Source: Podarcis tiliguerta (Eukaryota). Taken from it: a stretch of DNA of 64,000 bases. Below are positions 1 to 12,704 of the stretch, one piece after another (the stretch's first letter is position 1; each line of letters begins with the position of its first letter). Location: assembly GCA_965153285.1 (NCBI GenBank), contig OZ229119.1; one strand, given 5' to 3'. A program made the position numbers and the translations under genes. Under the pieces are notes generated by a model. That model saw only the letters and a program-made list of their open reading frames with translations, made no database searches and was not told the DNA's origin.

Positions 1-460
1 AAAAAAGTCTATAAACAAATGTAGACAAATTCCAAGGTAGTTTTTGGTTGTCAGAGTACCTCTTGCAGGAGATGACCCAAGTCCCCCACCCCCAAAGCAT
101 AGCTTTTAATGTGTTAGGAGTTTCTGTTATTTCAATAGATCCTATTTTGCTGTTATTGATTCTCTTACTTTTAACGTCCATGGATTGGTTGCTTAGAAAT
201 GGTTTATGCTGATGGCAGAGCTGTAAATTATCCTTGCAATTCTTTGCCAAAACAGAGCCAGCTGTTTGGCACAACCCTATTATGGAATAGTAACTGGCAG
301 GTAGCATAGCAACAATTTGGGCAGCACCCACGTGCTTTGGAGATGAAAAAATGGTTGCACCGTGTAAGCATGTGGTTGTCCGGACTGAGGCGAGGGGCTG
401 GGGCAGAGAAGAAAGAAGCAGAAATTATATACTCCCTCTAACTTTGTTAACTTTGTGTTG

Positions 461-640
461 GAAGGTTGGTGGTTTGAATCTCCAAGACGGGGTGAACTCC
501 CATTTATCATGCTGGCCACATGACCCGGAAGCTGTCTGTGGACAAACGCCGGCTCCTTCGGCCAGTAAAGCGAGATGAGCGCTGCAACAACAGAGTTGTC
601 CGCGACTGGACCTAACGGTCAGGGGTCCCTTTACCTTTAC
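461..640 (+). mobile_element. Sauria SINE, 5'-truncated and internally deleted
   Basis: B-box region joined directly to catgctggccacatgacccggaag; ACCTTT tail; near-TSD taactttrtgtt. Confidence 0.8.
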
Positions 641-1112
641 GTAACTTTATGTTATGTCATGTTCCACCGTGACAGCCATGTTGTATTATGGCATGGTCCC
701 CCATGGTGGCCATTTTGTGTTAGGCCACATTCCCATGGCAGCCATTTTGTGACCGACACTCACAGCACTCTCTCAAAATTCAAAACGTGCCCACTGGTCC
801 AAGAATTCTGGTGAATCCTGACTTGGTTGGATACAACCCAGTGCATCAAATATTGGCCTAGTCTGCAATCCTGAAAGTATTTGTAACAGTGCAGGCCCCC
901 ATTGAACTCAGGAGAGAGACGAGGACAGCAGCGTTCAGAGCTGCTCCATTCCAGCACCATGTTTGTGCTCTGATGTTCATATAACTCTCTTGTGACTGCA
1001 GTTTCCCATTTCATTCAGCAGGAGGATAAAGGATGTGTGTGCGGAGCTCCCTGCTCCTGTGAAATGAAAAGTCCTTGTAGGTAGTCGGAGGAGCCTTGTA
1101 CTAAGTGATCTA

Positions 1113-1327
1113 CAGTGGTACCTCGGGTTAAGAACTTAATTCGTTCCGGAGGTCTGTTCTTAACCTGAAACTGTTCTTAACCTGAAGCACCACTTTAGCT
1201 AATGGGGCCTCCCGCCGCCGCCACATGATTTCTGTTCTTATCCTGAAGCAAAGTTCTTAACCCGAGGTACCATTTATGGGTTAGCGGAGTCTGTAACCTG
1301 AAGCGTCTGTAACCCGAGGTACCACTG
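1113..1327. mobile_element. Tc1/mariner (Tigger/pogo-like) MITE
   Basis: Perfect 18-bp TIRs cagtggtacctcgggtta / taacccgaggtaccactg with TA TSDs. Confidence 0.9.
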
Positions 1328-1544
1328 TATTGAAGTACCATTCTAATTTTTCCCAAACAGTAACTATTTTGCTTTTACTGGGCAGCAAAGACCCGAGCAA
1401 AATTGTGGCTGATTTCTATCAACATTTTAATCCTAATTCTCGCAACGTGTGTTGCAAATTGCTCTTCCAAGATACAGCTTGCCCTTCCCAGCAGGACTTT
1501 GGAGAATTTACTGGCAATAATCAGAACATAATGACATAAGGAAA

Positions 1545-1920
1545 ACCTGCTTCATCAGGCCATCCTGATGCAACTAGTCTGTCATTCTGTTCTCAACAGT
1601 GGCCAAGCAGATGTTTGTGGGGAACCCACAAGCAGGAGTCAAGCCCAAGAGCCCTCTCCCCTCCAGCAACTGGGATTCAGAAGCAGGACTGCCTCTTCCT
1701 CGTGGAGGAAAACCATCACCATCATGGCTAGTAGCCATCAATAGCCCTCTCAGCCACAGATTGGTCTAATCCTCTTTTAAAGCCATCCTGGTTGGAAGCC
1801 ATCACTGCCTTTTGCGGGAGCGAGGTCCATCCTTTGACTGTGCATCAGATGCCCCTAAGTCCTGGTGTTATAAGGGAGGGGAAAAATTCCTCTGCCAGCT
1901 TTCTTCACGCCATGCATAAT
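1545..1920 (-). mobile_element. Old CR1-type 3' fragment (related pieces about 2850-3240, 21410-21500, 45330-45810)
   Basis: Shared degenerate motifs (cagtggcc..gggaa.c.cacaagcagga; ctaatcctcttttaaagcca). Family assigned from recall. Confidence 0.5.
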
Positions 1921-4323
1921 TTAGGTATGTAATTTCCAGTTAACATCTGATCTCACTCTGAAAGGAGCCATGCTTGCAATTCAATGCAGTGTTTAAATGC
2001 ATGCTGAATTGTAACCTTTGTGTTTGCCAGTAGTCCTTAGTTGCGATTGCAGCTTCCTTTCTAGCTATTATTCAGCCCCGCAATAAGGTTCCTACATGTG
2101 CTGTGCCATCGCATCTCTTTAGACAGGCAATTTTTAAGAATTTACTTGTTAGAACACATTCAGGTCACATCAAAGATGGCAAGCTGAAGGGTTTTATTCT
2201 TGGCCTTCGCTTTTTCAGGATATCTTCCCTGTTTTTTTAACCCTAGAATAACTGTAGAATTTCAGAAGCATTTCATTTTAAAATCAAAACATCCAACATT
2301 TCTTTAAGCAGGTAGGTAAACGTCTGGGGCTGGTGTATGTTTTCCGTCATTTCAAAGGCAAGTCAGGGGAATAGGTAGACTATAGATCTTTCAGAAGCAT
2401 GTTTTCCCCACAACCAGTTCTATCATGCCCCGATCTGCCCCTGTCATGCTCCATGTCAGCCCCTACTGACACTGAAGCTCTGCTCAGTGGCATAGAGAGG
2501 TCGTCTGAGGTCAGACCTCTTTCTCTACCCTCAGAATGGGAGGTCCAACACATCCAATTCCCCAGAATGTCCTCAGGGACAACAGAAGGCTTATTTTATT
2601 TGTATTATTGTTTTCTTTCTCTTTAAACTTTTTATTCCATGGAAATGCACCAGAATGGAAAGACTTTAAAAATTCAACACAGACATGAAAAAGTGGAAAT
2701 ATAGACTGTTCCAACATGAGACATGGAGAAAGGATAATTACATGCCATCTTGAAAAAGTGGTGTCTCTCTTGAATGTGCCTGTCTTAACTCTCTTGAAGA
2801 AATTCCATCCAAAAGGTTTAACTGGATGGCCTCAAGTTCGAGAATTAAGAGAGGGAGAAAAGCTTTCTTCACCCCATGCATAATTTTATACGCTTCTATC
2901 ATGTCCCCTTTTACTCACATTTTCTCTGAACACAAAAGCCCCAAATATTGTAATATTGCCTTATAAGAGAGTTGTTCCAGCACTATGAGAATTTCAGTTG
3001 CCCTGTTCTAAAACTTTTCCAGCTCTACAACATTCATTTTGAGGTGAGGCAACTAGAAGTGTACATGGTATTCCAAGCATGGTCACACCATACATTTTCA
3101 AACTCTTTCCTAATGATTCCTAGCGTGGAATTTGTCTTAAAAACAACAAAAAAAAAAACAAAAAAAAAAAAAACAGCTGCTGGACACTGGTCCATCATTG
3201 TGCACTATGGCCTCAAGTTTTCATTCGCAGTCAGTCACTGGCAGTTCAGACTCTATTAGCACATATGTGAAACCAAGATTTTGTTGCCCCAATGTGGATC
3301 ACTTTGCACTTGCTTATATCAAATTCCTTTTGCTGTTTTACTGTCCATTCACCAAGTCTGGAGGCTAGCAGAGCTTTCTTAATTGGGGCTCATCTGTCAA
3401 AGACGCCCAGGCCTTCTCTGGACTATCTATGCATCTTTCAAAAAAATATTGAGGAGGTTCTTTATATATTTCCCATCAGCAGACGTTTTGAGATATTTTA
3501 TGATTTCATATGTTGTCTTACTTTGCACAGATGGAAGATGGTACTCACTGAGAAAGTATCCTTACTGGTTTCATCCACCAAGTGTTACATAACCAGGAAT
3601 ATATCTAAATGCTAAATTATGCTTCTGGGACCTCTGGCGCAGCCGAGATAGATGTTGTGACTTATGAATTCAGGCAGCCTGCTCTTGCTTATTACAGAAG
3701 TTAACGGGTAGAAAAGGTTTTTTAGATCAAACAGCTCTTCTCGCTGCTTATGTAGGTTCAGAATATTTGAAGTTGCTCAAGAGGGATTCATTTTGAAACT
3801 GAAACTTCTTGGATTAATTCTTGAGTTGTCAACTGAGCCAGAATGAAACCTGGCAGGCTCAACATAATCTCTGTATATGTCAGGCCATGCTTTTATTTAA
3901 GCAGCTCTGCACTTGGGGCTTAATTTTTTTACTGAGCTATTTATGGGTAAATTTATGTGCATCACAAATGCAGAAATGTGCAAAACTGAAGCACTGCAGT
4001 CAGGTTGCAACCATATGGGTTGCAAACATTTCAGGGGCTCCTCATGCAGCTCTTTAAACAACTTGGAGAAAGCTGCTACTCTCTGTACTTTTTGAAAGAG
4101 GTGCACAGGAAAAGCTTAGCAGATTGTTTGCTGGGAGAAATTATCCTGCATCCCAGGGGACAATCAAGAGCCTTCTGAGCTCCATATGTTACCCGGGGTA
4201 TAGCCATAGTTATAAAATAAAAACAGAAAAATAGTATTCTAGTCAGTTTTATGTTGCTCAGAATAAAATAAGATGCAAATGGAAGGCAACATCTTTTAAA
4301 AGTGACCTACTGTGCTTCTTGAA

Positions 4324-4680
4324 GGGACGCGGGTGGCGCTGCGGGTTAAACCATAGAGCCTAGGACTTGCCAATCAGAAGGTCAGCGGTTCGAATCCCCG
4401 CAAAGGGGTGAGCTCCCGTTGCTTGGTCCCTGCTCCTGCCAACCTAGCAGTTCGAAAGCATGTCAAAGTGCAAGTAGATAAATAGGTACCGCTCTGGCGG
4501 GAAGTTAAACGGCGTTTCCGTGTGCTGCTCTGGTTCGCCAGAAGTGGCTTAGTCATGCTGGCCACATGACCTGGAAGCTGTACGCTGGCTCCCTTGGCCA
4601 ATGAAGCGAGATGAGCGCCGCAACCCCAGAGTCAGCCATGACTGGACCTAATGGTCAGGGGTCCCTTTACCTTTACCTTT
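4324..4680 (+). mobile_element. Full-length Sauria SINE
   Basis: GGGACGCGGGTGGCGCTG head, GGTTCGAATCC B box, (ACCTTT)n tail, 14-bp TSD tactgtgcttcttg (4308-4321 / 4681-4694). Confidence 0.92.
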
Positions 4681-7224
4681 TACTGTGCTTCTTGGAATAA
4701 ATTAATACTATGTCAAGAGAATCAGGGTCACACTTAACTAACTTTCTACACCTTAGCAATCCTCAGTTAAAATGTCTGTGTAATGGGATTTTCAAAGGAA
4801 TATCTGAAATTTTGGTATTTGAATTGCAGCAAAGGTGGCTATGCTCCTAAAATGAGAGGACTTCTCCCATTTATTGTGTCATAGTGTATATCTTAGAACT
4901 ATGGCCACTGGTGTGCATGGTTAATATAGATTTCTTCTCCATTTGCAGTTTTTCCAGTTTGTTGGCTTTTCTCCCCAATTGTTGGAATGCATCTTTATAA
5001 ATAATAAAAAGGCTGGGCATGTCTACATTATGAACCTTACATTCTTAAACTTAAGCTATCACTGTTTCTTCCACAAACACCCATGGGACCTGTAGATTTT
5101 GGCCCATGTTGTGAATCCTGTATTTTTAAAAAAACAGTGCAATCTGAGAACTGTAATTTCCAGCCCCTGTGTGGAACCATGGGAGATATGCAGTCAAATC
5201 TAATGATGTATATTCTTGCTAGTTAGCATGTGAAGGAGTTAAGCAACTGTATTGCTGATAGGCAGACTCAGATCATAGAAATGTAATTGGTAGAGAAAGC
5301 TCTGTGTGGTGTCATTTCCCCTCCTCTCCTGGGAGGAAAGAAGCAAATTAGTATTTCCTGTCCCCCCCCCTTTCTCTTTCTCTTCAACTAGCCATGGCAG
5401 TGGACACCTGTCTGCTTGCCTGCAGCTGTTTTTGCTGTAGATGCAAGTATTTTACCTGCAATAGTTGTTACTGCTGTTGCTGCTCAGGAGGAATGCTTGA
5501 CTGTGAGTAAACTATATATTTTAAACTCTCAGTCTGTAGCCTGTTCCTTTGATAAAAGGGGTAACAAAACAAGGAGATCAGCCTAACGGCTAATTCCTAT
5601 GCTTTCTTTTAAACTGCTTAAGATGGGATTTAAACTCTGCTGAGATTGCTTTCTCTTGTGGGAGGGTCTGCAAAAGCCCTGCACTTTGAAAAAGGCTTGC
5701 AACCACATACGTATTCTCTTTGCCTCATCCTACATAAGTGGGTCTGTCGAGGGATAAAATATAGTTAAGATTACCTGCTTAATAAAACCCATCAGGAACC
5801 ATCAAAACAAAACAGGTTTGAAAATTGACAGTGAAGAACTAAGTTGAAATCATACTTCATGTGCATACCAATCTATACTGTGCATTCCAATAGCAGAACC
5901 AACACTGCATTTTGTGGTAGTTTTTAGACACCCCAATTTCAACCCTTCTGCTCTAGCTCCTTTCCTGTCAATTTCAGCCTGGCTGAAATATTTGAAATAT
6001 TGGTGAGTTTTTTGGGAAGCTGCCATGATTCTCTCTCTCTCTTTCTCTTAAAGGAAGCACATAAATACTGTAATGAAATGCAAATGTTGTGTTATATAGT
6101 TATGCAAGCTAGGGATTCATAGCAATATGCATAGCAGCTTGTGCCTTCAGTCATTTTAGATTTCTTTTGAAAAAGTTAAGAAAAGAGAAGGTCACTAAAC
6201 ATGCCTTTCTGTCATCATGAGAATTTGAACATAGAAAGGGAGAAAATGTTAACTAAAAACAACAACTATTTGGGGACAAAATGCCACTCCAGCAGCAGGG
6301 ATCTGGGCTCAAAAGTAGAATGAGGATGCATAGCAAGTACATATACATAATCTTAAAAGCTCCGTATCAAAAAGCTGCAAGACGCACATCTTTTAAAGCT
6401 CTAGTCTCTGCAATTTTCATCCTCTTGCTTCTTTCCTTTCTTCTCAGTGGGGTCCATGATGCCAAAGGAACCATGACTTGGGTTCTTGCAGATCTGTGAT
6501 GCACTGTTCCTCCTAGTCCCGGCATGTGGTTAGAAAAATGGATGAACTATTGGTGACTTGTGGAAGTCAGCTGGTCGTTCACCACACCTCAGCCATGCGA
6601 TTTATCAGCAGAGAATGTGGAACCCCAGCACAGACACCAGACATTTCTGCTCCCAGCAGAACTTCCAGAGTCCCTGTTTGACAGAAAAAACTCCTCTCCC
6701 ACATAGTTCAAAGTAACAAAGTGTTTACTGTCTCCAGATACAAGACAAAGCTAAACACTACTATCTACTATATACAGTTATTCTGGTCTTTGAAGTAGAG
6801 ATACAAATGTACAGAGTGATCGGCTAACGCTATCACCATGCTAACTAATGCCGCTGTGTAAAACCTACCCAATTCTCTCAGTCAGACCATGGCAGCAAAC
6901 AGGAATAGTATAACCATCTCTACATTCCTGCAAAGGGTGAATGACTCAGCAAGTCATGCCCTTGACCTTACTGGTGTTGCTATGGTAACCCAGTGAGCCT
7001 GGCACTCTTCTCTTAGAACATCCAGATGTGGGAGATATGCTCCTCAATGCATGAGACCAAGCACTGTGTCACATTGCACCAACATGAACTGCAGATTCAT
7101 ACAACTCTCCTTGTAAAGAGGCATACCAGTGGATTCTGTTTCGACATTCACTGTTTAAAAACTTTCCTATGCAGCACGTGGCTCTGCAGCCACAGTCTAA
7201 ACACCTCTGCATGTCACATTAATA

Positions 7225-7268
7225 GTAAACTGGAACAGGAAACAAACATTCTGTGCAAATAATTTATT
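7225..7268 (-). terminator. Candidate LIN7A polyadenylation signal
   Basis: Minus-strand AATAAA (7268-7263), followed about 15 nt later by GU/U-rich tgtttgtttcctgttccagttt. Confidence 0.6.
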
Positions 7269-10200
7269 AAACCATAAGATCAAAATTGTGTTGATATTCA
7301 CTATTGAAATATGAGTGACAATCTACTTATGCAATATATCCTTATGCACTGCCATTTTATCAAAATCTTTATTTTTCTGGTGGAGTTTGACAACAACGTA
7401 TGCTAAATATATAACAACATTTTACAGGGTTGGCTATAACTGAGGTTTGTATTAACATAATACAGAATGTGTGGAAGGTGAAAACAGCTTCTGTACACTC
7501 AATTCTGACATAAACCCTTAAGCAATATCATTTTTAAGAAGCTAGATATTTCTTAACACACATCACAATTGGTAAACACAACAAACTAAAACCCAAATAT
7601 AAAATTCCACGTTTAAAGTTGGATGGCACAGGGCTAATGTAGTTGCACTGTCCGGTTCCAGACGTCACTGAAACAATACTAAAAACACAATTCCACACAA
7701 TTATGTTTTATCTCATATTTTCTAAAGCCATGATCCTAAATCTCATGTGTTCTGTGTCAAAGAGCTATGGCCGTAACTTTAATTTGGCCTTAGAAGTACT
7801 TTTCTCAAATTATTTTCAAAAATCTTTGCACAAAGCACCACCCGACTTCTTACAAAGAGGAAAGTTTATGTGTGTTCATCGAAACCCATCTAAGCTCTGG
7901 CTAATTCCTACGGCTGTTCTTCTTTAAGGATGTTTTTCATAGCCATAAAAATTCTAGGATCGACTTCTATAAATTATTCCCAAGGAAAACGACATCCTTA
8001 GCAACCTTTCAACATGACTATTATTCAAATGGTTCTGAAACTGCATGTAAATTTTAACTGACGTTTTAATTTGATTACTTGCAACTAATTCACATGAATT
8101 GCACACATTATGAATTATCCTGATGACAGCAGGTGTCGGCATGTCTTTTTATATTCTTGGGTCTGAGATTGGTTTGTTACGATGCCAGCATTTGAAATCA
8201 GTGGTTGAGTACTTGCTTCGCATGCGTAAAGTCCCATAAATCCCTGATGTTTCTGGTTAAAGACTATTTTGTATCCAGGTTGAGAAAGAGCCTTGCATGA
8301 GACCTGTGGGGGTTAGGGTTCAATATGGGCTGAGTTCATGGCTAAGGCATGAGGATGTAATCTCCTTTCCTAACCATCAGTAGCAATAGACTGGGCTGCA
8401 CATGTAGTAGAATGGAGTGGTTAAATCCTGAGCTGGTAGAATGGACTGTATAACTCAGAAGATCTTATTTTGAATGCTACTCCAAAGAAGAAAAAGAAGG
8501 GGGGGGGAGACTCACTGCAAGTAAAAATAATAATCTAGTATGTTAATAATGTGCTGTGCTGGAACCCAAATGAAGGGAATTGCAGGGGAGCATTCAAAAA
8601 TATGATGCATCACAAGCAGTTCAAAAGCCAGGAATGTCCCCAAACATTTTGTTGTGTGAGGTGAAGGACCAGGTGGCACCTCTCCCTACAGCACAGACAG
8701 AAGCCAATTGAACTGGCTGATGAATTAACTTCAACGCTAGTGACAGGACAGGAGCCTCCACCACACCAGAGGGCAGTGCGGGGGGTGGGGCAGGGCAGTC
8801 CTCATGGCAATATAGCTCTGTCCCTCATCAATTTGCCACCATTCCTGACATATGTTGCCTAAGGCAGCCACCTCACTCTGCCCATTAGTAGGACCAACCC
8901 TGCTGAGGGGCCAACCTAGAAGAGACACCAATCACATAACGAGCAATTTTGTGAATGGCTTTGTAAAAGTGGCAGGCGTGGATGGGAACCTTGGCATGGG
9001 GCGACGGGGCTCTTTGGTGCCAACGGAATATTCTCTTCCAATGCAAATAGCAGGCACTGGGTTCCAATTCCAATTGGGACTTGCAGATGAGGCAAAGGGT
9101 TAAAGCCCCTTGCTGTTCTCACCTGGATAACCAACCTCATTTTTACTGCATGTGTAGATCAGACCTATGTTGAACAAGTCAAAAAAATCCTAATATTATT
9201 TTAGCAATCCTTTGTGCCTCTTTGGGGAAACCTGCCTTCCCACTATGGGATAATAATAATGCTCAAGGTTTGTATAGCACTTTCAAGTGTCCATTGTGCT
9301 TCGTGTGCGCTAACTTATCTAGTTGTAATGCTTACAACAACCCTGTAAGGTAAGTCAGCATTGTTATCCCCCATAAAGTAGGGGGGCGACTGAGACTGAA
9401 AGGGAGAGTGAGTTGCCTAAGGCCACCTAGTGAGATTGTGGCAAAACATGAGATTTGTAGCTCAGTTTCTCAGCCACTTGGCTACGCCAGCTTTCTTGAC
9501 TAAGTATTTGGGTGTATTAAATCCAAAAACATAAACAAAATAAAGAATATATCTGAAAAATAGAGAAAATACTGATACCCTGTTTTATCTATTTTTCCCC
9601 CAAAAGAATTTTTTGTCTCATTAACATTATCTTAAAACATTTGTAATATATAATAAGTACAGATCCTACCTCTGGAACACATACATTCTGACAATATATA
9701 TATGTTGGGGATATATATCTATAGATATAGATTTATTTATTATATCATATCATATATATCTTATAAATATACTGTAAACATTATAGATTTCTGAATAATT
9801 ATAGCTATAATACTAGCAATATCTATATTTAAAAATACAGTTCAAGGGTCCTCTAGTCTTACTATTTACAGAAGACAGAATTAAACCTGCTGAACAGAAT
9901 TTATGAATACACCAAGAGTAAAAATGCTTTTACAAATAAAATATAAATTAGGGCTGCTGTTTGATTAAAATAAAGTTTAGTTGATTAATCCACTGATAAA
10001 AATCTGCCCAAATGGTTTATTATTTTTATTATTTTTTATTCTGTATAGGCTATGAAGTACACATGTCTACTCAGAAAGAAGTCCCACTGAATTCAATGGG
10101 GCTTATTCCAAGGTACGTGGTGGAGTAAGCTGCTACTCCAAGGTACCTAGGAGTAAGCTGCATAGAACTCAGTGGAGCTTACTCTTAGTAGACACGTACA

Positions 10201-11382
10201 GCATTGTACTGTTAAGGCTACATAGTTCCAAATGAGTTCAAAACTATAGTTTTGAAGAAGAAAAATTCCTCCATTGTTTTTAGACGATGCAAGCATGTGG
10301 TGGAGCAAGCATGATCTCAGAAGCACCATTACTTCCTACAAGGTGGAGGAGGAAATTGCCCCCCATGGATTTATAACCACTTGCATTAAAAATAATAATT
10401 AACCATCAAAAACAAAACAAATATTAATCAGGAGCATCTCTTTCATCAAGTAGCAATATTTTGATTCAGATCCATTGATTAATCAACTCAACTCTGCAGC
10501 CACAGTATAAATATTGTAATAACTCCCAGGAAGGAAAAAAAGTTTAGAACTAGATTACAAACTGGATTTCAGATCAAAGCACCTGTACAAGATTGTGAAG
10601 TGAAGATGTTCTGCAAGATGCAAGAAGGGCTTTTGTAAGTGGTAACATTTTATAACTGATGCCATCTCTCCCTGAATTTGTAACGTCTTGGGGCCACAGG
10701 CCTCAATCCAGATAGGGAGATTTGTACATTTAAAAGGTGGTCTTCCTCACATGTATCACTTACTGGCTTAGGAACCGTGGACACAAAAGGGGTGGCATTC
10801 AATTGTCAGCACCCAAATGTCAGCACATTGCTTTCAGTGTGCAGTCTAGAGCACTTTTCCATCTACATTCTGAATCAGCTAGTTCTGATCCTTTTAAAAT
10901 CAACTAGTTCTGATCCTTTTAAAAGCATGGCTTAGGCTAGATAGGGCCAGAAATACTGGACAGCTGTTACTCTCAGCAGTGGCCCCATCTTGCATCCATC
11001 TGATAAATTCCCACTGAAGTATCACTGTAAAGCAAGCAGGGTTGGACCATAGACACATTCATTCATTCATTCATTCACTACCAAAACTCTCCATTTTACA
11101 GAGTGTTCTTTTTCTTTTTTAAAAAGCCTTACCACACGGAACAGGAGTCAAAGAAACCTTTCATCCTAGGACTTCAGTACACCAAAAAACCTTTTTTGGA
11201 AGGATTTCACTATGTTATTGACCTGCCAAGCAATTCTTATGGCAGCCTTTCACAGTTTGCTGGTGAATGCAGCTGTTGTATTGTCATTGCTGCTGCTCTT
11301 TTACTGCATGTTGGAATTCAAAATACAGCTTTGCTGCTAAATTGTTGGATTCTTGGTTTAGAATTTCTTCTTCGAGGACAAT
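7247..11382 (-). other. LIN7A: Probable LIN7A terminal non-coding exon 6 (about 4.1-kb 3' UTR)
   Basis: U-rich tract + ttatag acceptor before 11382. Start resembles the recalled mammalian LIN7A 3' UTR (GAATTCCAACATGCAGTAAAAGA). AU-rich; ends at a poly(A) signal. The 3' end is approximate. Confidence 0.6.
10875..10924. repeat. 25-bp tandem duplication in the putative 3' UTR
   Basis: tcagctagttctgatccttttaaaa / tcaactagttctgatccttttaaaa (1 mismatch). Confidence 0.9.
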
Positions 11383-12497
11383 CTATAATTAAACAACAAC
11401 AACAAAAATACTGAGGAATTAACCAACATCTGTCCCTTCTGTCTATTTCCTTCATTACTCTTTTTCATCTACCATATGTGTAGCCACCAGGGAGTCACTA
11501 CACTGGTGTTGCCCAGCGTTAATATCGTGCAGCCATTAGTAGCCCTAGCAACTAAGGGCCAGTCAATTGGTCGAGCAGCCAAATGATAAGTGTAGTCTGC
11601 TCTTTTTTGCTTTGTGTTTGGCTCTGTAGCGAATGGTGGGGCAGCCCTGTTCACATGACCTCTCGTTGGTCATGCTGTCTCTGCTTACTGAAGGTAAAAG
11701 GGGATGGACAAGGTGTCAGGATGGACAAGGATGGCACAGTGCAAATGCACCAGTGGGAGAACTGGATTGGTTCTGCCATTGCATTTGCAACCTTGCCCCT
11801 CTCCATCTATGTCTCAGTTAGCAGCAGTGATGTGACCACCCAGAGGTCAGGTGAATGTTGCAAGCCCACCATGCTGCCTGCTACTGGTCTTAATTGTAAA
11901 GAGTTTCTATACAACTGCAATTGTGCAATGGAGCCAACAGATACAACAACTGTATTGAGACCAGGTGTCCTGCAGAGGAATCCTATTCCTTGTGCAGGTG
12001 ATGGAGCAGCTATGGATCCAGCTATGGCCTGCTCTACTCCACATCAGGGTCCAACACTTGATGTCATTGGTGGGAACACTGCTGGAGATCGCTGCTCAAC
12101 CGCTGTGCTTTTTAGAGGGTGCAGTAAGCCGCCAACAGAGGTCAACGACCAGACACTGCCTCATAACTCCCTCCAGCAGCACAGGTCAGGGGTTAGGACT
12201 GATCTGGTATTTCTATATGATTCAGTTCATATTCCTGAATTTTGAACTTGAGCCTAACAACTATATTTGAGAATTCTGCATAAAATATAAGTTATGAAAT
12301 AATCACCTGCTGCTCTATTATCAATCAACATTGAGCAAGGATTTCAGGGTATGGCATGTCAAAGCAAATTATGGATTAGCACCTAAACCCAAATTGTTAA
12401 AGCAGGGCTTGTGAAAGTACAAGCAGGCTATGGATCACAACATGCCAAAAGTCTTTTCTAATGGTAGGCTAAAAGCAAGACCATCGGATTCTCTCAC

Positions 12498-12704
12498 CTA
12501 CGACATATGGTTTTGTTGTGCATTCTGCTGCTGCTGCTGAATTAGCAACTGCTGCTGTTGTCTGCGCCGTGCTGTCCTTAGCTTCTCAAAGCGAGCCTCC
12601 ATCTCATCCAACACTTTGGGAGTGTAGCGCACCACTAGCTTGACGCTGTCCTTAGCGGCCTTCAGGAGCTCCACAGCTTTTTCGTGATGCTCTCCTTCCA
12701 CACT
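12498..12704 (-). CDS. LIN7A: LIN7A coding exon 5 ([15 protein letters not shown]...QQNHMS*)
   Basis: tcag acceptor; PDZ C-terminal half plus LIN7A-specific Gln-rich tail. TAG at 12500-12498 is followed directly by a gtgaga donor. Confidence 0.97.
   Translation of the reverse strand, partial: SVEGEHHEKAVELLKAAKDSVKLVVRYTPKVLDEMEARFEKLRTARRRQQQQLLIQQQQQNAQQNHMS

Noticed and set aside
3600-4150. Repeat-free block that could be a conserved enhancer of the MYF5/MYF6 locus
   Set aside because: No exact MEF2/E-box cluster could be supported, and conservation cannot be assessed without alignments.
4324-4400. tRNA-like A/B boxes here and in other SINE heads; 5S-like stretch at 57970-58070
   Set aside because: SINE heads with no complete cloverleaf or full 5S sequence; not functional tRNA or rRNA genes.
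11583-12245. 220-aa + strand ORF
   Set aside because: Antisense within LIN7A intron 5, no recognisable domain or splice context; most likely a chance ORF.
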